DNA from: Octopus sinensis
Taxonomy: Eukaryota
Assembly (NCBI RefSeq): GCF_006345805.1
Contig: NC_042997.1
Location: forward strand, 5,394,001 to 5,458,000
Direction of reading: 5' to 3'
Length of the DNA: 64,000 nt
Position 1 is the stretch's first letter, and each line of letters opens with the position of its first letter. Made by a program: the position numbers and the translations under genes. Shown here in pieces: positions 28,966 to 41,925 of this stretch. The notes under the pieces are model-generated. The model saw only the letters and a program-made list of their open reading frames with translations. It did no database searches and was not told the DNA's origin.

Positions 28966-29729
28966 TCTGTCTCTCATCATTTATAGTATGTTTATAGTAT
29001 TATTAACCCAAATACTTCCTGTTATTGGTCGATTAACTACCGGGGTTTTGACTGAAGGTTTAACTGCATATCAGCACTCTTTGGCCGCTTTGACAGGGAT
29101 AACATATTCTACTTACTACAGAGTTACACAGCTTCAATCTTTGAAGCTTTACAGTGGATTAGATCAACATCTGTTCACTAACAATCTGACGTGTAGCTGT
29201 TTTCTTTTATCTGAACTGTGAGGAATGCTGAATTCATGAAACAAATGTATTAATGTTTCTCATGCAATATATTTGGTGTCATACAAAGGCACGTTTCCTT
29301 TAAGTTACGTAAGATTGTTTTACAGAAAGGATGATGTCATGTGGGTTGCAAAGTACAATAGGATGCTGGGTGATTGGAAGAAGGAAACAAAAAAGGATAT
29401 CAGACGAGTAGATTATTAAACGTGTTTCGGTTTGATTTTTGGTCAAATAGTGAAACGCTTGAAGTTTTTCTGTTAGAACGTTGTGGGGTTTGCACAAAGA
29501 GGTTTCTTTTCTTTTGTGCAAGATGTTTTCTAGTAAAGTGAGTATATTCAAGGGGGGGGGGGTAGTCATTTTCCTTATAATAAATGAATCCATTCTGCTT
29601 TACGTATTGTTTTTGCTTTAAATTACCGTTCTCTATGTTTTTAAATATCAACGCACAACAGTTGTAAATATATTCATTTTTATATGCGTATGCATGTGTG
29701 CCTGTGAGTTTATGAGTGTATGAACAGAT

Positions 29730-29739
<10 letters not shown>

Positions 29740-29770
<31 letters not shown>

Positions 29771-29857
29771 CACGTACACACACATATATACACATACATG
29801 GTATATAGCAAGTGGGTGAGAGTGAGAGGGAGGAGTGAGAAAGTGAAAGAGAGAAAG

Positions 29858-29897
<40 letters not shown>

Positions 29898-30126
29898 GTA
29901 CACACACATATACACACATACATGGTATATAGCAAGTGGGTGAGAGTGAGAGGGAAGATTGAGAAAGCGAAAGAGAGAAAGGGGTGCATATATATATATA
30001 TAATATATATATATATATTATATATATATATATATATACACGTACACACACATATACACACATACATGGTATATAGCAAGTGGGTGAGAGTGAGAGGGAA
30101 GATTGAGAAGCGAAAGAGAGAAAGGG

Positions 30127-30180
<54 letters not shown>
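29740..30180. repeat. Minisatellite: three ~100-bp cores separated by variable (TA)n
   Basis: Core cacgtacacacacatatacacacatacatggtatatagcaagtgggtgagagtgagaggga...gagagaaagg(g)gtgc at ~29771, ~29895 and ~30039. Confidence 0.93.
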
Positions 30181-30190
<10 letters not shown>

Positions 30191-30262
30191 GAATGTTGTG
30201 TATATTTTATATATATATGAAGGTGAGATATGTATTTGTGTGTGTGTGTTTGAGAGAGTGTG

Positions 30263-30302
<40 letters not shown>

Positions 30303-30652
30303 GGACTTTCTTGCGTGTATGTGAAGATTGGAAAAGAGCGGCAATAATAAGGAAGCTCTACAGAGAGACATGGTATGAAATTATTTTATGCATGTGTGAT
30401 TTTGTGTTGCCAACAGAATCGATACGTTTCTAAAAATAACCAATTCTGATAAGAAATCTTGCAAAGAATGTTGTTTATCTGATCGAATAAAAACGGATAG
30501 AAATCCGACCACCTCCACTGGGTTTAGGGAGGAATTCAGGCAAGCATATGTTTTGCATATGCCTTATTTCTTGTACCGTTCTTCCGCTTTATCATTTCCC
30601 CCATCTGCATCATCTTCTATCCCCCACAACGACTCCTACCGCTAACAATTTT

Positions 30653-30850
30653 CTTCTTCTTCTTCTTCTTCTTCTTCTTCTTCTTCTTCTTCTTCTTCTT
30701 CTTCTTCTTCTTCTTCTTCTTCTTCTTCTTCTTCTTCTTCTTCTTCTTCTTCTTCTTCTTCGTCGTCGTCGTCTTCTTCTTATTCCTCTCCTCCTCCTCC
30801 ATCATCATCAACTTCTTTTCTTCTTTTTTTGTCGTAGTCATCGTCGTCCT
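30653..30850. repeat. (CTT)n with (CGT)/(CTC)/(CAT) compound tail
   Basis: Direct reading. Confidence 0.96.
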
Positions 30851-31519
30851 CTTCCTAACGGCTACAATCTCGAAGTGAATCTTTCATTTATATCTTATAG
30901 TAAAGGGTAATCTGCGGTTCTGAGCAGGTTTCCTTAAAGTGAAATCTGTTGACTTACTCTAATTTAAAGGATCCCTTATAGTAATAATTTTGCAGCTCTA
31001 AATCGTTATCAGTAATTTTTACCTTATATGTATGCAACTTTAATATTACTGCACATCTCACTTATTTAATGTACAAATTCCCTCCTGAGATTTTTATTTC
31101 ATATTGGAATTCTTATTTTGCACTTTTAGCAACAACACATGCGCTTCTCTCCGCTTAAAGTAATCTTTATTATCATTATTTTTATCGTTTATTTTATTGT
31201 TGCTTTGATCTATACGAGCTGCTCCGAGTTTTATCCAGAGACCTTAAATAACAGGAGGTTGGACGTTTGACTATTGTTATTATTTTTGATCAGCAATGTG
31301 TAGAACGAATTCTGATAAATTTGTAATAGTTCAATCTTCTAAAAACTTCTAAGAGAATCTGGTATTTTCAAATTAACTATTTTCTTTTTCTTCTTTTTTT
31401 CTGTTTAATGATCGAAGTACCCATGAGACCAATTTTCGTTCTGATGGCTTGGGGATTTCATTGTAATTCACGTGATGCTTAAGAGCGTCATTTAGTATTT
31501 CCCCAAGGCTCCAATGATA

Positions 31520-31666
31520 ATGATGAGGTCGACTTTGCCTTTCATCATTTCGGAGTGGATAAAATAACTACCAATTGAAGATTGGGGTCGATTTAATTGA
31601 TCCATCCCCCTCCCCAAAAATTGCTGCTCTTTGTTGCAAAATTGGAGACCATTATTGTTGTTGTTG

Positions 31667-31730
<64 letters not shown>

Positions 31731-31755
31731 CTTTATTATTATTAATATTATTATT
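31520..31755 (+). mobile_element. SINE family B body plus tail variant 1, followed by (TTA)n
   Basis: gaggtcgactttgcctttcatc...ggggtcgatt...ttgcaaaattggagacc then tta repeats. Confidence 0.75.
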
Positions 31756-31889
31756 GACACTGGAGTAAAATATACGAAGCCCAGTATATCCATTATGATT
31801 ACACGTCTGATGAGGATAGACCAGGCCCTTGCATCGCAACAATACGTGCGCAACATATTAAGGTTAACGGCGCATGACCTTGCAGGTAG

Positions 31890-32170
31890 GGCCCAGTTGG
31901 AATTTTCTTGATGTCGCTCAAAAGGTCCCTGAATAAGGATTGTTTAAGGATGTTTAACGAACCACCCATGTTTCCAAAGGTGAATGATCCAAACCTCGAA
32001 GAATTCCTTTAAACATACGGCTATGATGCTTCCGCATTACTTCTGCTCCTTATCAGAGATGCACATATCGTCAAACGCTAAAGGACATGGTCAACTGGTT
32101 ACGGTCAAACAACTGGCAGGCAAATCTGTGGTACTGAGCAGAATATTTGCTGAAGCCCATCTTTTTATTA
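31890..32170 (+). mobile_element. Unclassified interspersed repeat body
   Basis: GC-richer block (ggctatgatgct...cagagatgcacatatcgtca...gagcagaatatttgctg) bounded by microsatellites; assignment rests on recall of similar repeats only. Confidence 0.4.
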
Positions 32171-32199
32171 ATATCATTATTTTAATTATAATTATAATT

Positions 32200-32261
32200 A
32201 TAATTATAATAATAATAATAATAATATTAATAATAATATAATAATAATAATAATAATAATA

Positions 32262-32329
<68 letters not shown>

Positions 32330-32330
32330 C
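32200..32330. repeat. Second palindromic (AAT)n(ATT)n microsatellite
   Basis: AAT run switches to ATT at ~32262. Confidence 0.93.
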
Positions 32331-33841
32331 ATCATTGTTGTTATTATTATTTAGAATTATGAGAGTCTAATGAAATGCCTTGCAATATTCGGCCCGGATT
32401 TTTCCAAACTAAGTTTAAATCTGGCTAAAGTCAACTTTGCTTTTCAACCTATGTTAATCGATAAAATAAAGCATCACTCAACTACTGGGATCAAATTGAA
32501 AGAGTAAAATTGCCCATTCACCAAATTCTTGTCATGTGCCACGTTATACATTATTCCATAAAACATCCGACTAGAGTGCATGACTTACCGCTTCTTATCG
32601 GAAGTACAGAGTCTGCTTGTCAGTAAATTTATCTGCAGCCAACACATTTGCTGTTAGTTTCAGGATGCCGTCTTTGATGCAGCGCTGCTATAGTCAGACA
32701 ATAATGCACTCGTAGAAATATCTAGATAATTGCAGCGGTGAGGGCAATGAGAAAAGTGAAGGTTAATTTTTAGATCTCCTTTTTCTTACGACAAATCTCT
32801 TCGCAGCTTTTTTCATTGACCGAGCAATAATCATGAGTCAAGAGATTAGGTGTCTGACATGAACAGTGTTGCCAGGATCTTAATCTACCAGTTAAATATT
32901 ACAGTCGATAGGGAGGGAACGCAACTCCATTTTTTTGTAAAGCAAGGGCTGATGGTAGGGATGAGTTAAACTGAAGTTAGACTGAAGTTAAACGTCAATC
33001 ACTCTCTTCTGGAAGACATTCAGTCAAATCTTGGTCTATAGAGAATTTCCAAAAGTTTTTGTCAATGCAGCGCTACAGGAGAAATAATTAGTTGTTTTAG
33101 ACAAGTTCTCAAGTATATAAGCACCAACAGAAAAACCAGTTAAAGAAGTGTGCGGAGGATTTCCTTTTAATGGATGTAAATACTCTAGGTGTGTGTCTTG
33201 TGTTTCGTCCTTTATGTTTTCCTCAGTATCTTGTGCCTTTCTGGCCAATGAAATAAATCATTACTGCTGTTCCTGTTTGTTTTTAGTTTGCTAAATATAT
33301 TCTCACAACAAAATCCCGCACTCTTTGCAAAGAATGCATAAATATTGTCCAATGTTTTGTGAGAATGCTCTAACAAAATAACAAATACAGAGCACTGTAT
33401 TTGCTACTTTGAAAATTACCAAAATCTTGTCTCTTACAGAATTGGTTGTAGTGATGGAGATGATAATTGATGGCCGAAACCAATTTCTATATTCAATCAA
33501 CTCTAATTTATTTGTTTACCATGATAGCTGATTCTGTCACGGTTACGTCTCACAACATGACAATAAATCCTCATGATGTAATTTCTTTATATAAGTAAAA
33601 TGTGTTAGTGAAACGTACGTAACTGTGTATACATGAGTATCTTACAATCGATCTCTCATGTCCTGTTTTATTTACTACATGTGACGTATCAAACACCCAA
33701 AATCTGATTCATAATGTGATAGAAATTCAACACGAACTGTTGTACCCTTGAAGTTTTAAATACTACTCTTTTGTCACGCAATGTAAAGTTTATGTGCGTG
33801 CGTGTGTGTGTGTATGAACGCATGTATATACGTGTGTATAT

Positions 33842-33907
<66 letters not shown>

Positions 33908-35894
33908 CATGTATATATCTATATGTGTGTATATATGTTTGTATTTGTATTTCATTTATGAATGTATATATGCATAAAGGCAGACAGACAGAAAGAGCTA
34001 GGTACACTCACCCACCAACTCACTTTGCCCTGTTTTAAGATATATCAACAAAACTGTAGGCTTTCGACATTTTTGTGACGTTGTGTGGTTGCATTTGAGT
34101 ATGTCCCCGTACGTTATTTTGTACATTAGAAATCCGCATCGATACACTGGCATATACAGAGAATGAGAGTACGCGTGTGAAACTGGCTGCTAGGGTGTTA
34201 TGTATTTTTGCATGTGTTAATTTGACGTTGTTTACTTTGTAAAAGCATCGAAGTTATGATTAGCATAACATGGAAGCTAACAGTTATTTGCAACTCTATG
34301 CAAACCATAACCCTCCACTTCACCTCATACTTTTAGCCACTTATTTCCTGGTAATCAACTTATTGTGAGCTACTTTTCAAAACAATCGCCTCTCTTCAAC
34401 TAGAGATTTTCTTTATATTTCTACTGTTCAATCAACTCTTTCTTTTTCTAAGTTTTCATATTTCTTCTTGCATAACAAATCTACCTTGCTTAGATTTTAT
34501 CATTTCTCAACACACACAGCAAACTAATTCCTCTAACTCCCACGTTCCCTTTCTCCCCCATCTCTCTTTCACATTATTTTACTTCCTCTCTCTGTCTGAT
34601 TCTCTCTCTTCACGTCGTTTTGCAGTTCTTACTTACCCTAACTCTTATAGTTCTTTCTCTATGGGGAAAAAAATAGTTATATTCATACTGTAATTTTTTT
34701 ATATTTTTAACATTAGCTTGTAGGGCACGGTCTGTGAACAAACGCAGCTATGAATTTATGAGCGCTAGTTCATAAGTCAGACCGATGTTATTTTCTATAA
34801 AGTTCACACGCTACAATGCATTCGCATATCATGAGGATAAGCGAAATCTAAGGAGAATTTGCAAGCATTCATGACACATGGATTTATTTTCTTTCGTTGA
34901 ACTTATTTCATTTTGTGAACTTTATTGAATTAATTTTTACTAATATAAGTGCAAATTCCTTTACAGTAATAGTGATTTTAGTGATAATACATTCAATACC
35001 ATTTTGTTACATACTGCCGTGTGAATAGCGGCAGTATTCTGACTTTACCATTATCTTTGACACATTACGGCGATTATACAAAGAATAAGTAGCATTTCCT
35101 ACCTATACATATTCATGATCAGATTACGCTATGCACACGTTTCTCTAGTTTAATCGTAACATATCGAAGCATTGCGAAGTTTCAGTCTATTTATTACTGA
35201 CCTGGGTGTATATAATTGATCATACAGTAAAATGCTAGCTTTGCTTTCTGCAAGATAAAGAAGAGGGGTTCTTAGTACTTCAATGGAAGGTCATAATCCA
35301 GCCACACGATAAGCATTTTTGCAAATTAGAGAGTTGTCGCTTTACTATTGTTAGCTTCGATAGTAACGTATAAAGAAAATTAGCCAGTTATCTACAATTT
35401 TATATGAACCAATATTAAATAGGTCTTATGTTGAAAGAAACTAAATTTTAAGAAATATAACAGAACAACCACTACATATTAACGTTGGGTGTGTTCAGAA
35501 AGATCACAAGATAAATTACTATTATCAAAGGGGGCATTAACGTCGGTGAATGGGTAGAATCGTTAGAATTTTGTACAAAAGTGCCTTGTAGTATTTGGTT
35601 CGATTCTTTACAGCTTGCGTTCAAATCACATCTGATCTAAAATACATTTCATTCTTTCGGGGTCATTAAAAACTCAACAACACCTAAATCCCAGAAACCA
35701 TTATTAAAGGTGACAGACTCAAAGTTGCCTCAGTACGAGTGAACGTAAACATACTCGGATAAGAATCGAAATTATGATATTCTTTCTAACAGTCACGCCT
35801 GTTTCCATCCCTCTATGTACATACATTCATACATACGTACAGAGACAGAGTTAGAGAGGGAGAAAGAGGCAAAATAATAGATAGATACGTAGAT

Positions 35895-36260
35895 AGATAT
35901 GTTTCTTTATTAGCCACACTGGGCTGCACACAGACGGGATAGATTACAAAGTAGAGTTTTTCGTTATGAGAAGAAAAAAAGAAAAAAGTAGGGTAGGTTT
36001 TCGATCAAAAGGGATCGTAAAAGAGAAAGGGAAAAAAGGAAAGAAAAGAAAAAAACGATCAGTAGGGATCATGTATCACAGAAATGTCATGAAAAGTGTA
36101 AAGGGGGAAGCAGATAGGGTTTATCCGTCGAAAGAAAAGCCTATGGAGAAGACCACGGTAACCTCGGTCAATAATGTCACATGTTAACACAATTGTTTGC
36201 AAGTAGGTAACCCCCTGTTTTAAATTTTTCCGGGTTCATGAGATTATGCTCATGGGGAGA
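35895..36260 (-). mobile_element. Probable 3' UTR/end of an L1/Tx1-like LINE, flanked by (GATA)n
   Basis: Reverse complement is pyrimidine-rich and ends tgtaatctatcccgtctgtgtgcagcccagtgtggctaataaagaaa (poly(A)-signal-like AATAAA); Tx1 assignment is inference. Confidence 0.5.
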
Positions 36261-36299
36261 TAGATAGATAGCTAGCTAGCTAGATAGATAGATAGATAA

Positions 36300-36334
<35 letters not shown>

Positions 36335-36335
36335 T

Positions 36336-36383
<48 letters not shown>

Positions 36384-36400
36384 ATGGGTAGATAGATGCT
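36260..36400. repeat. (GATA)n microsatellite
   Basis: Direct reading; a second block lies at ~36830-36920. Confidence 0.95.
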
Positions 36401-36846
36401 TAAGGTACGTATTCAAATTGTTTAAACAATGTAAGACACAAATAAAAATTAACAATTTAACTTAGCACAGAAATATACAATACTTATTTCTTTTCATATT
36501 CTTTCGGAAATAATATTTCTATACATATTGAGCAAATTTCAAAGGAATGGCCATACAATGGCTCTTGCAGTAGTTTACAGAAGGTCACAAGCTCATTAAC
36601 AGGTGTGCAAGAGCGTTTACTGGTTGGTGCATACATTTGCGTCGTGTGTGCCTTGCACAGGTAAAAGAATGCGTTTTATTTTACTGCTTCAAGATTGGTT
36701 CTTCTCAATTCCGGTCATATAATTCTTCTTTCTATATATTTTTCTCTGCTTAAGTATATTATTATTATTATTAGTAGTAGTATTAGTATTATTTCCAGAA
36801 ATATAACAGCGCACACAAAGATAGATATATAAAGATAGATAGATAT

Positions 36847-36909
<63 letters not shown>

Positions 36910-37268
36910 TAGATAGATAAACACACACATGCACGCAGGCACACACACACATATACGTATGTGTTTGATTCTTTTTGTCTTGCTTGTTTGTTTTTTTTTT
37001 ATTTTTCTTTATGTTGGTGTCAGATTTCTGTAAATATTAATTTCGTCTTCAAATATTTCGAGTAAGGAAGGTTAAAGAAAATGAAAGTAAAGGTCACATG
37101 CTTACTTTTAAGAATCCAGCTTTACATTTGCAATATTCTTCTCATTTCTGGTTTCTCCTATAAATATATAATGGAATACAAGTAGAAAGAAAATATGTTA
37201 CTGAACAGAAAGTTAATAATAAAAATTGTACTCGACAATACAGCACTTGAAATTGTTTAGGTAGAAAT

Positions 37269-37361
<93 letters not shown>

Positions 37362-37723
37362 GTGTGTGAGTGTGCGTATGCACGCGTGTTTGTACGTGTC
37401 GGTGTGAATGTGTGTCTATGCGTTTCCACACATACGTAAATATATACGTATATACGTATATATGCATATATATACATGTATATATACATGTATACATTAT
37501 ATATGTATGTATATATATATATACGGTTATGTGTGCGTGTCTGTATGTTTTTGTGCGTGTGGCGTGTGCGTATGCATGTATCGTTGAACGTCTGTATGTA
37601 TATGTGTGTTAGATATGTATGACATTACATTTTCACTGTTGCACTTATTTTTACCTTGGTATATTATATGTATGATATATCAGTATATAAACACATCCAC
37701 TCGCGCGCACACATGTATATACA

Positions 37724-37774
<51 letters not shown>

Positions 37775-37928
37775 TTGCACACACACACACATATGTAAGT
37801 TCAATAAAATTTAGATTCAGATGAATATGGTACTTAAGTTGAAGGCACCAGAATTTAGTATGGTATTATCCATACAGTTTTAAAAAAGTGATTATAATCA
37901 AAATAAGCAACAAATATATCCAGAGGTG

Positions 37929-38017
37929 ATGCAGTACGATCGTTTCATGCGACTCCATTTAATTGAACAATGCAAACATTACATCAATCTAAAATGTAGA
38001 CCAATCTTCAGCTGCAT
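37929..38017 (-). ncRNA. Type-I hammerhead ribozyme-like motif within a probable Penelope-terminus remnant (~37800-38030)
   Basis: Reverse complement: ATGCAG-CTGAAGA-[58 nt]-GAAA-CGATCG-TA-CTGCAT; perfect 6-bp stem I, palindromic stem III, decayed stem II. Confidence 0.7.
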
Positions 38018-38413
38018 AAAAATATAGAATTTAGTCAACTTCGAAGAACTCATTTGTATAATTTTTTATCCAAAATCACCAAAACGTTAAGTAGATAGAC
38101 AGAGACATCACAGTTGTAGCTGACAGTTTTTTTTTAAAAAAACACTGCTTGTCAATGATTATTTCTGTTATTTAGATTTATTAATGGGCAGGGGTTTCAG
38201 TTTTAATTTATAGGCTAGTTTATCAAATCTGAGAGAAGACAGAGTGTAGTATCATTTATGAATAGGGCAAAATAGACAGACAATTTAAGTGGCATAGTCA
38301 TAAATCAAGATTTCTTTGAAGCAAAGCCTATTGGTTCAGTAAGAATATACTTGATACAAGATGTTAGCTGCTATTTTGTAGACCAATGCTTATGGGACAG
38401 GGGGAATGATTTC

Positions 38414-38448
<35 letters not shown>

Positions 38449-39219
38449 ATATATAGCAAAATATATTTTGATAAATTTACCCAAAATCTCAATAAAATAT
38501 AATCTGATTTACTAAAACACCAAAGTCAGATCACATAAATAATAGGTCCGTAATCAAATTACAACATCACAAAACAAATTGTTGAGTTTTCAATTATTTA
38601 CATTTTCAGCGAATTTACTTCCCCATGAATTCTCAATTAATCGTTTCTGATTTTTTAGATAAAGTCTGAACTTTTTGAGAGTGTATATCCTCGTAGGCGT
38701 CACTACTTTAACTTCGGATACCAGATGTGGCAGACAAATTTAAAGTCGGTAGAATTTAAACTCAGAAAGTGCAATGCCATCAGAAATAACACATGACAAT
38801 TTCTCCGACGTTGTAATGATTCTACTACCTACCATCTTTATAAATTTAGTCCCGAAATTTGAAACTAATATTAACTGATGCATTTTTGTCTTTTACTTGT
38901 TTCAGTCACTGTGGCCATGCAGGGGCACTGCCTAGAAAAGTTTAATTGAACAAATTAAAACCCACTACATATGTCTGTTTTCTAATTCTGTTCCTTATTC
39001 TATCACATCTTTGAGTTTTTTCTTTCATTTTTTTTTGTGGAGATGGGATAAACAGCTACGTCACTGGGATTTAAACAGACGAACACTTATTGTGAAACAT
39101 GCACACTAATACTCCTTCGTTTGCATAATTCTTCCATTTTAGTTCAATGCTTTTACTGCTGAATCACTCAATATGATTGTCTCAAAATGTTTCTTATCCT
39201 ACTGTAGACAGTCCTCTTA

Positions 39220-39400
39220 GTTTTCATTTGCACTGGTCAACTCCCGTAACTTAGCAGTTCAGCATAAAAAAACGCTAGAATAAGTACCAGGCTTTTGAAA
39301 AAAATTAATTACTAGGGTCGATTTGTTCGATTGAATCAATCAATGTCGTTACCCAGCATGGCCGCAGGCCAGTGGCTGAAACAGTAATATGTAAAAGAAC
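39220..39400 (+). mobile_element. SINE family A 3' half
   Basis: cccgtaacttagcagttcagc...gaataagtaccaggctt...gggtcgatttgttcga...cagcatggccgcag. Confidence 0.75.
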
Positions 39401-39789
39401 GTTGCAAATCACCTTGCAAAAATTTATGATAATTACTTGACATTCGTTTCCGCCATCACAAAAATCGATAAACAGGGGAGAAGCACTGCAAAACAAAGAC
39501 ACACCTCATGGCAGTACGACATCACTCGACGATGCCCGTTGGTAGACTGATGCCTGAGAGTCTATCAAGTGGTTTGTAGCGGTGGAAGCCCCAACTACAA
39601 CGGGCTTGATTCACAGAGAACGATTTCGGTTACTTTTGTGTAGTCCCTCGTATAAATACAAAAAAAAGATAGTTTCAAATTTTGGCACTTGGCTGCTACT
39701 TATTTTACTGACACCGAAAGAATAAGACGCAAACTCGACCTCGGCGGTATTTGATTAAACATAAAGTAAATAATAATAAACCTCTGAGC

Positions 39790-40155
39790 GAGGTATAAAC
39801 AGTAGCTGCACGATATCGTGAAGTATATTTGCAACCTAAATGTGGCTAACCCTTAAGGGTGGATGCTACTGTAGCTTGTATTGACACACTTGCTGTACCC
39901 TAATTGTATTTGCAAAGGGAATCCATCCTTCTCATCTTCAACTTCGAGTCCGTGTGTATCATACAGTTTGAAGATGGGAAAGATGGCTTTACTTTGCAAA
40001 TACTGATAGGGCACAGAATGTGTGTCATTAGCGAAGTGGTGGAGGTGTCCTCCTGGGGCTACATGCTAAAGTAGCATTCATCCTTAAGTGTTAGCCACAT
40101 TTAAGTGACAAATATACTTCATGATAAAATAAATAGCTGTCTCAAAAAATTACCT
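39790..40155. mobile_element. Foldback MITE-like element with long imperfect inverted arms
   Basis: 39812-39943 (gtgaagtatatttg...aaatgtggctaac.cttaagg...catcttcaact) pairs with 39965-40126; ~21-nt loop; ~30-nt extra segment in the right arm. Confidence 0.8.
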
Positions 40156-40282
40156 TCTATGAGCAGGCAAACAAATTATACCCTATTAAAGAACAATTTA
40201 TTCTGCGTTCATAAATCCCAAACACTATACATTCATGCGGACTAAACTTGTCAGAGTGCAGAGTTTCAAGAAATGGTAAAAG

Positions 40283-40322
<40 letters not shown>

Positions 40323-40735
40323 ATCCGAAACAATCGTTCCCAGTACTTCACTGTTACTTTATTCCATTGGGAAACTTGAACGACAAAAAGTTAACTCGGG
40401 CAAGATTTGATCACCGAAAGTAAAGACCAAAAGCAAATACCACAAGACACATAGACGCTGACGGGTTTCGTACAACGGTATTATTGTGAAAGGCAGCGAA
40501 ATATTCAAACGTAATATTTGAAGAAATTATTCAAGGCAATGCTTTCACATGTGTGTATACATAGTCACAAGCATGCAAATTTGCTTGTTCCAGTCATTAA
40601 ATTACATGCATGCTAAGGCCTTACTGTGAAAGGTTTAGTGGAAGGAGTAGAGGACGCACAAATACAGACTTCCATAGTTCCCCTGTACTACGCTCATTTA
40701 CAAGGCCTGAATGAAGAAAATAATAACAATAGATG

Positions 40736-40902
40736 TAGGATTGGCTGTGTGGTAGGTAGCTTGTTTACGAACCACATGGTTCCGGGTTCAGTCCCACTGC
40801 GTGGCAACTTGGGCAAGTATCTTCTACTATAGCCTCAGGCCGACCAAAGCCTTGTGAGTGGATTTGGTTGATGGAAACTGAAAGAAGCCCGTCGTATATA
40901 CG

Positions 40903-40933
<31 letters not shown>

Positions 40934-41146
40934 ATGTTTGAGTGTCTGTGTTTGTCCCTCCAACGTCGCTTGACAACCGATGCTGGTGTGTTTACGTCAC
41001 CGTAAATTAGCGGTTCGGCAAAAGAACCGATAGAAAAAGTACTAGGTTTACAAAGAATAAGTCCCGGGGTCGATTTGCTCGACTAAAGGCGGTGTTCCAG
41101 CATGGCCACAGTCAAATGACTGAAACAAGTAAAAGAGTAAAAGAGA
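40736..41146 (+). mobile_element. Full-length SINE family A with internal (TA)n(TG)n
   Basis: A box ggctgtgtggtagg, B box ggttcagtccc, ttgggcaagt, tail gactgaaacaagtaaaagagtaaaagag. Confidence 0.92.
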
Positions 41147-41642
41147 GTAGAAATAGATACAGATGTGTATTTTTTTTCCCGATGTTGCAAGTATTATGTC
41201 ATGCCACCGTTGAAATGCCGAAAGTCACGTTTCTGGGATTCAGGTTTTGTTTACTAATTAGTTATTATCTACGTTTGTTTTGAGTCAAACAAAACTGCAG
41301 TCATGCTTGGACTTCCTTTTCCACGACTACAGTACAAAACACTTGTACTGCGTGCGCAGTGAGACTTAACCCGAAATCACGTGATTGAGAAAAGAACTTC
41401 TTAACGTATGCGATTAACATGTTTGAGGATTACAAAGTTAAGTTTCAACTGCATTTTCCCTTTTTGTATGAGTGAAGTTCAATTAAATATCAATGAAAAT
41501 CACAAAACATAAAAGCACGCACTCGCACATGCATAAATACGCTTGTAGGCATTTTTATTTAGTTCAGTCTTTGAACTACCGCTATCCCAGGGCGCCGCTT
41601 TGAAAGGTTTATCGATCCCACTACTTATCTCACAAAAACGCG

Positions 41643-41673
<31 letters not shown>

Positions 41674-41862
41674 GCACACACATAATCACGTACAGTGCAA
41701 TGTGTCCCAAAATGATGTTAGTCTTGAGAATACGTCTTCGTGAAGAGATCTTCCATACCACTCTACCCGGTATCTATGTCCCCAAATATGTGCGGATGTG
41801 CGTGGTTCGTTTGCGCATACATGTAGTTAGCACACGCACACACACACATGTATGTATATATA

Positions 41863-41925
<63 letters not shown>

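Noticed and set aside
29211-29255. Possible hammerhead remnant (ctgtgag-gaat/attc-atgaaac...gta) downstream of a Penelope fragment
   Set aside because: Core lacks a nucleotide, stem I is poor and stem II is not adjacent to GAAA; too degenerate to call.
33205-33235. Minus-strand CTGAGGA...GAAA spacing
   Set aside because: No stem I or stem II complementarity; chance match.
32589-33250. Strong minus-strand donor (G|GTAAGT at 32589/32588), acceptor-like sites and a 70-aa ORF
   Set aside because: All three frames of the putative exon contain stops and the peptides match nothing I recognise; a non-coding exon cannot be supported without RNA data.
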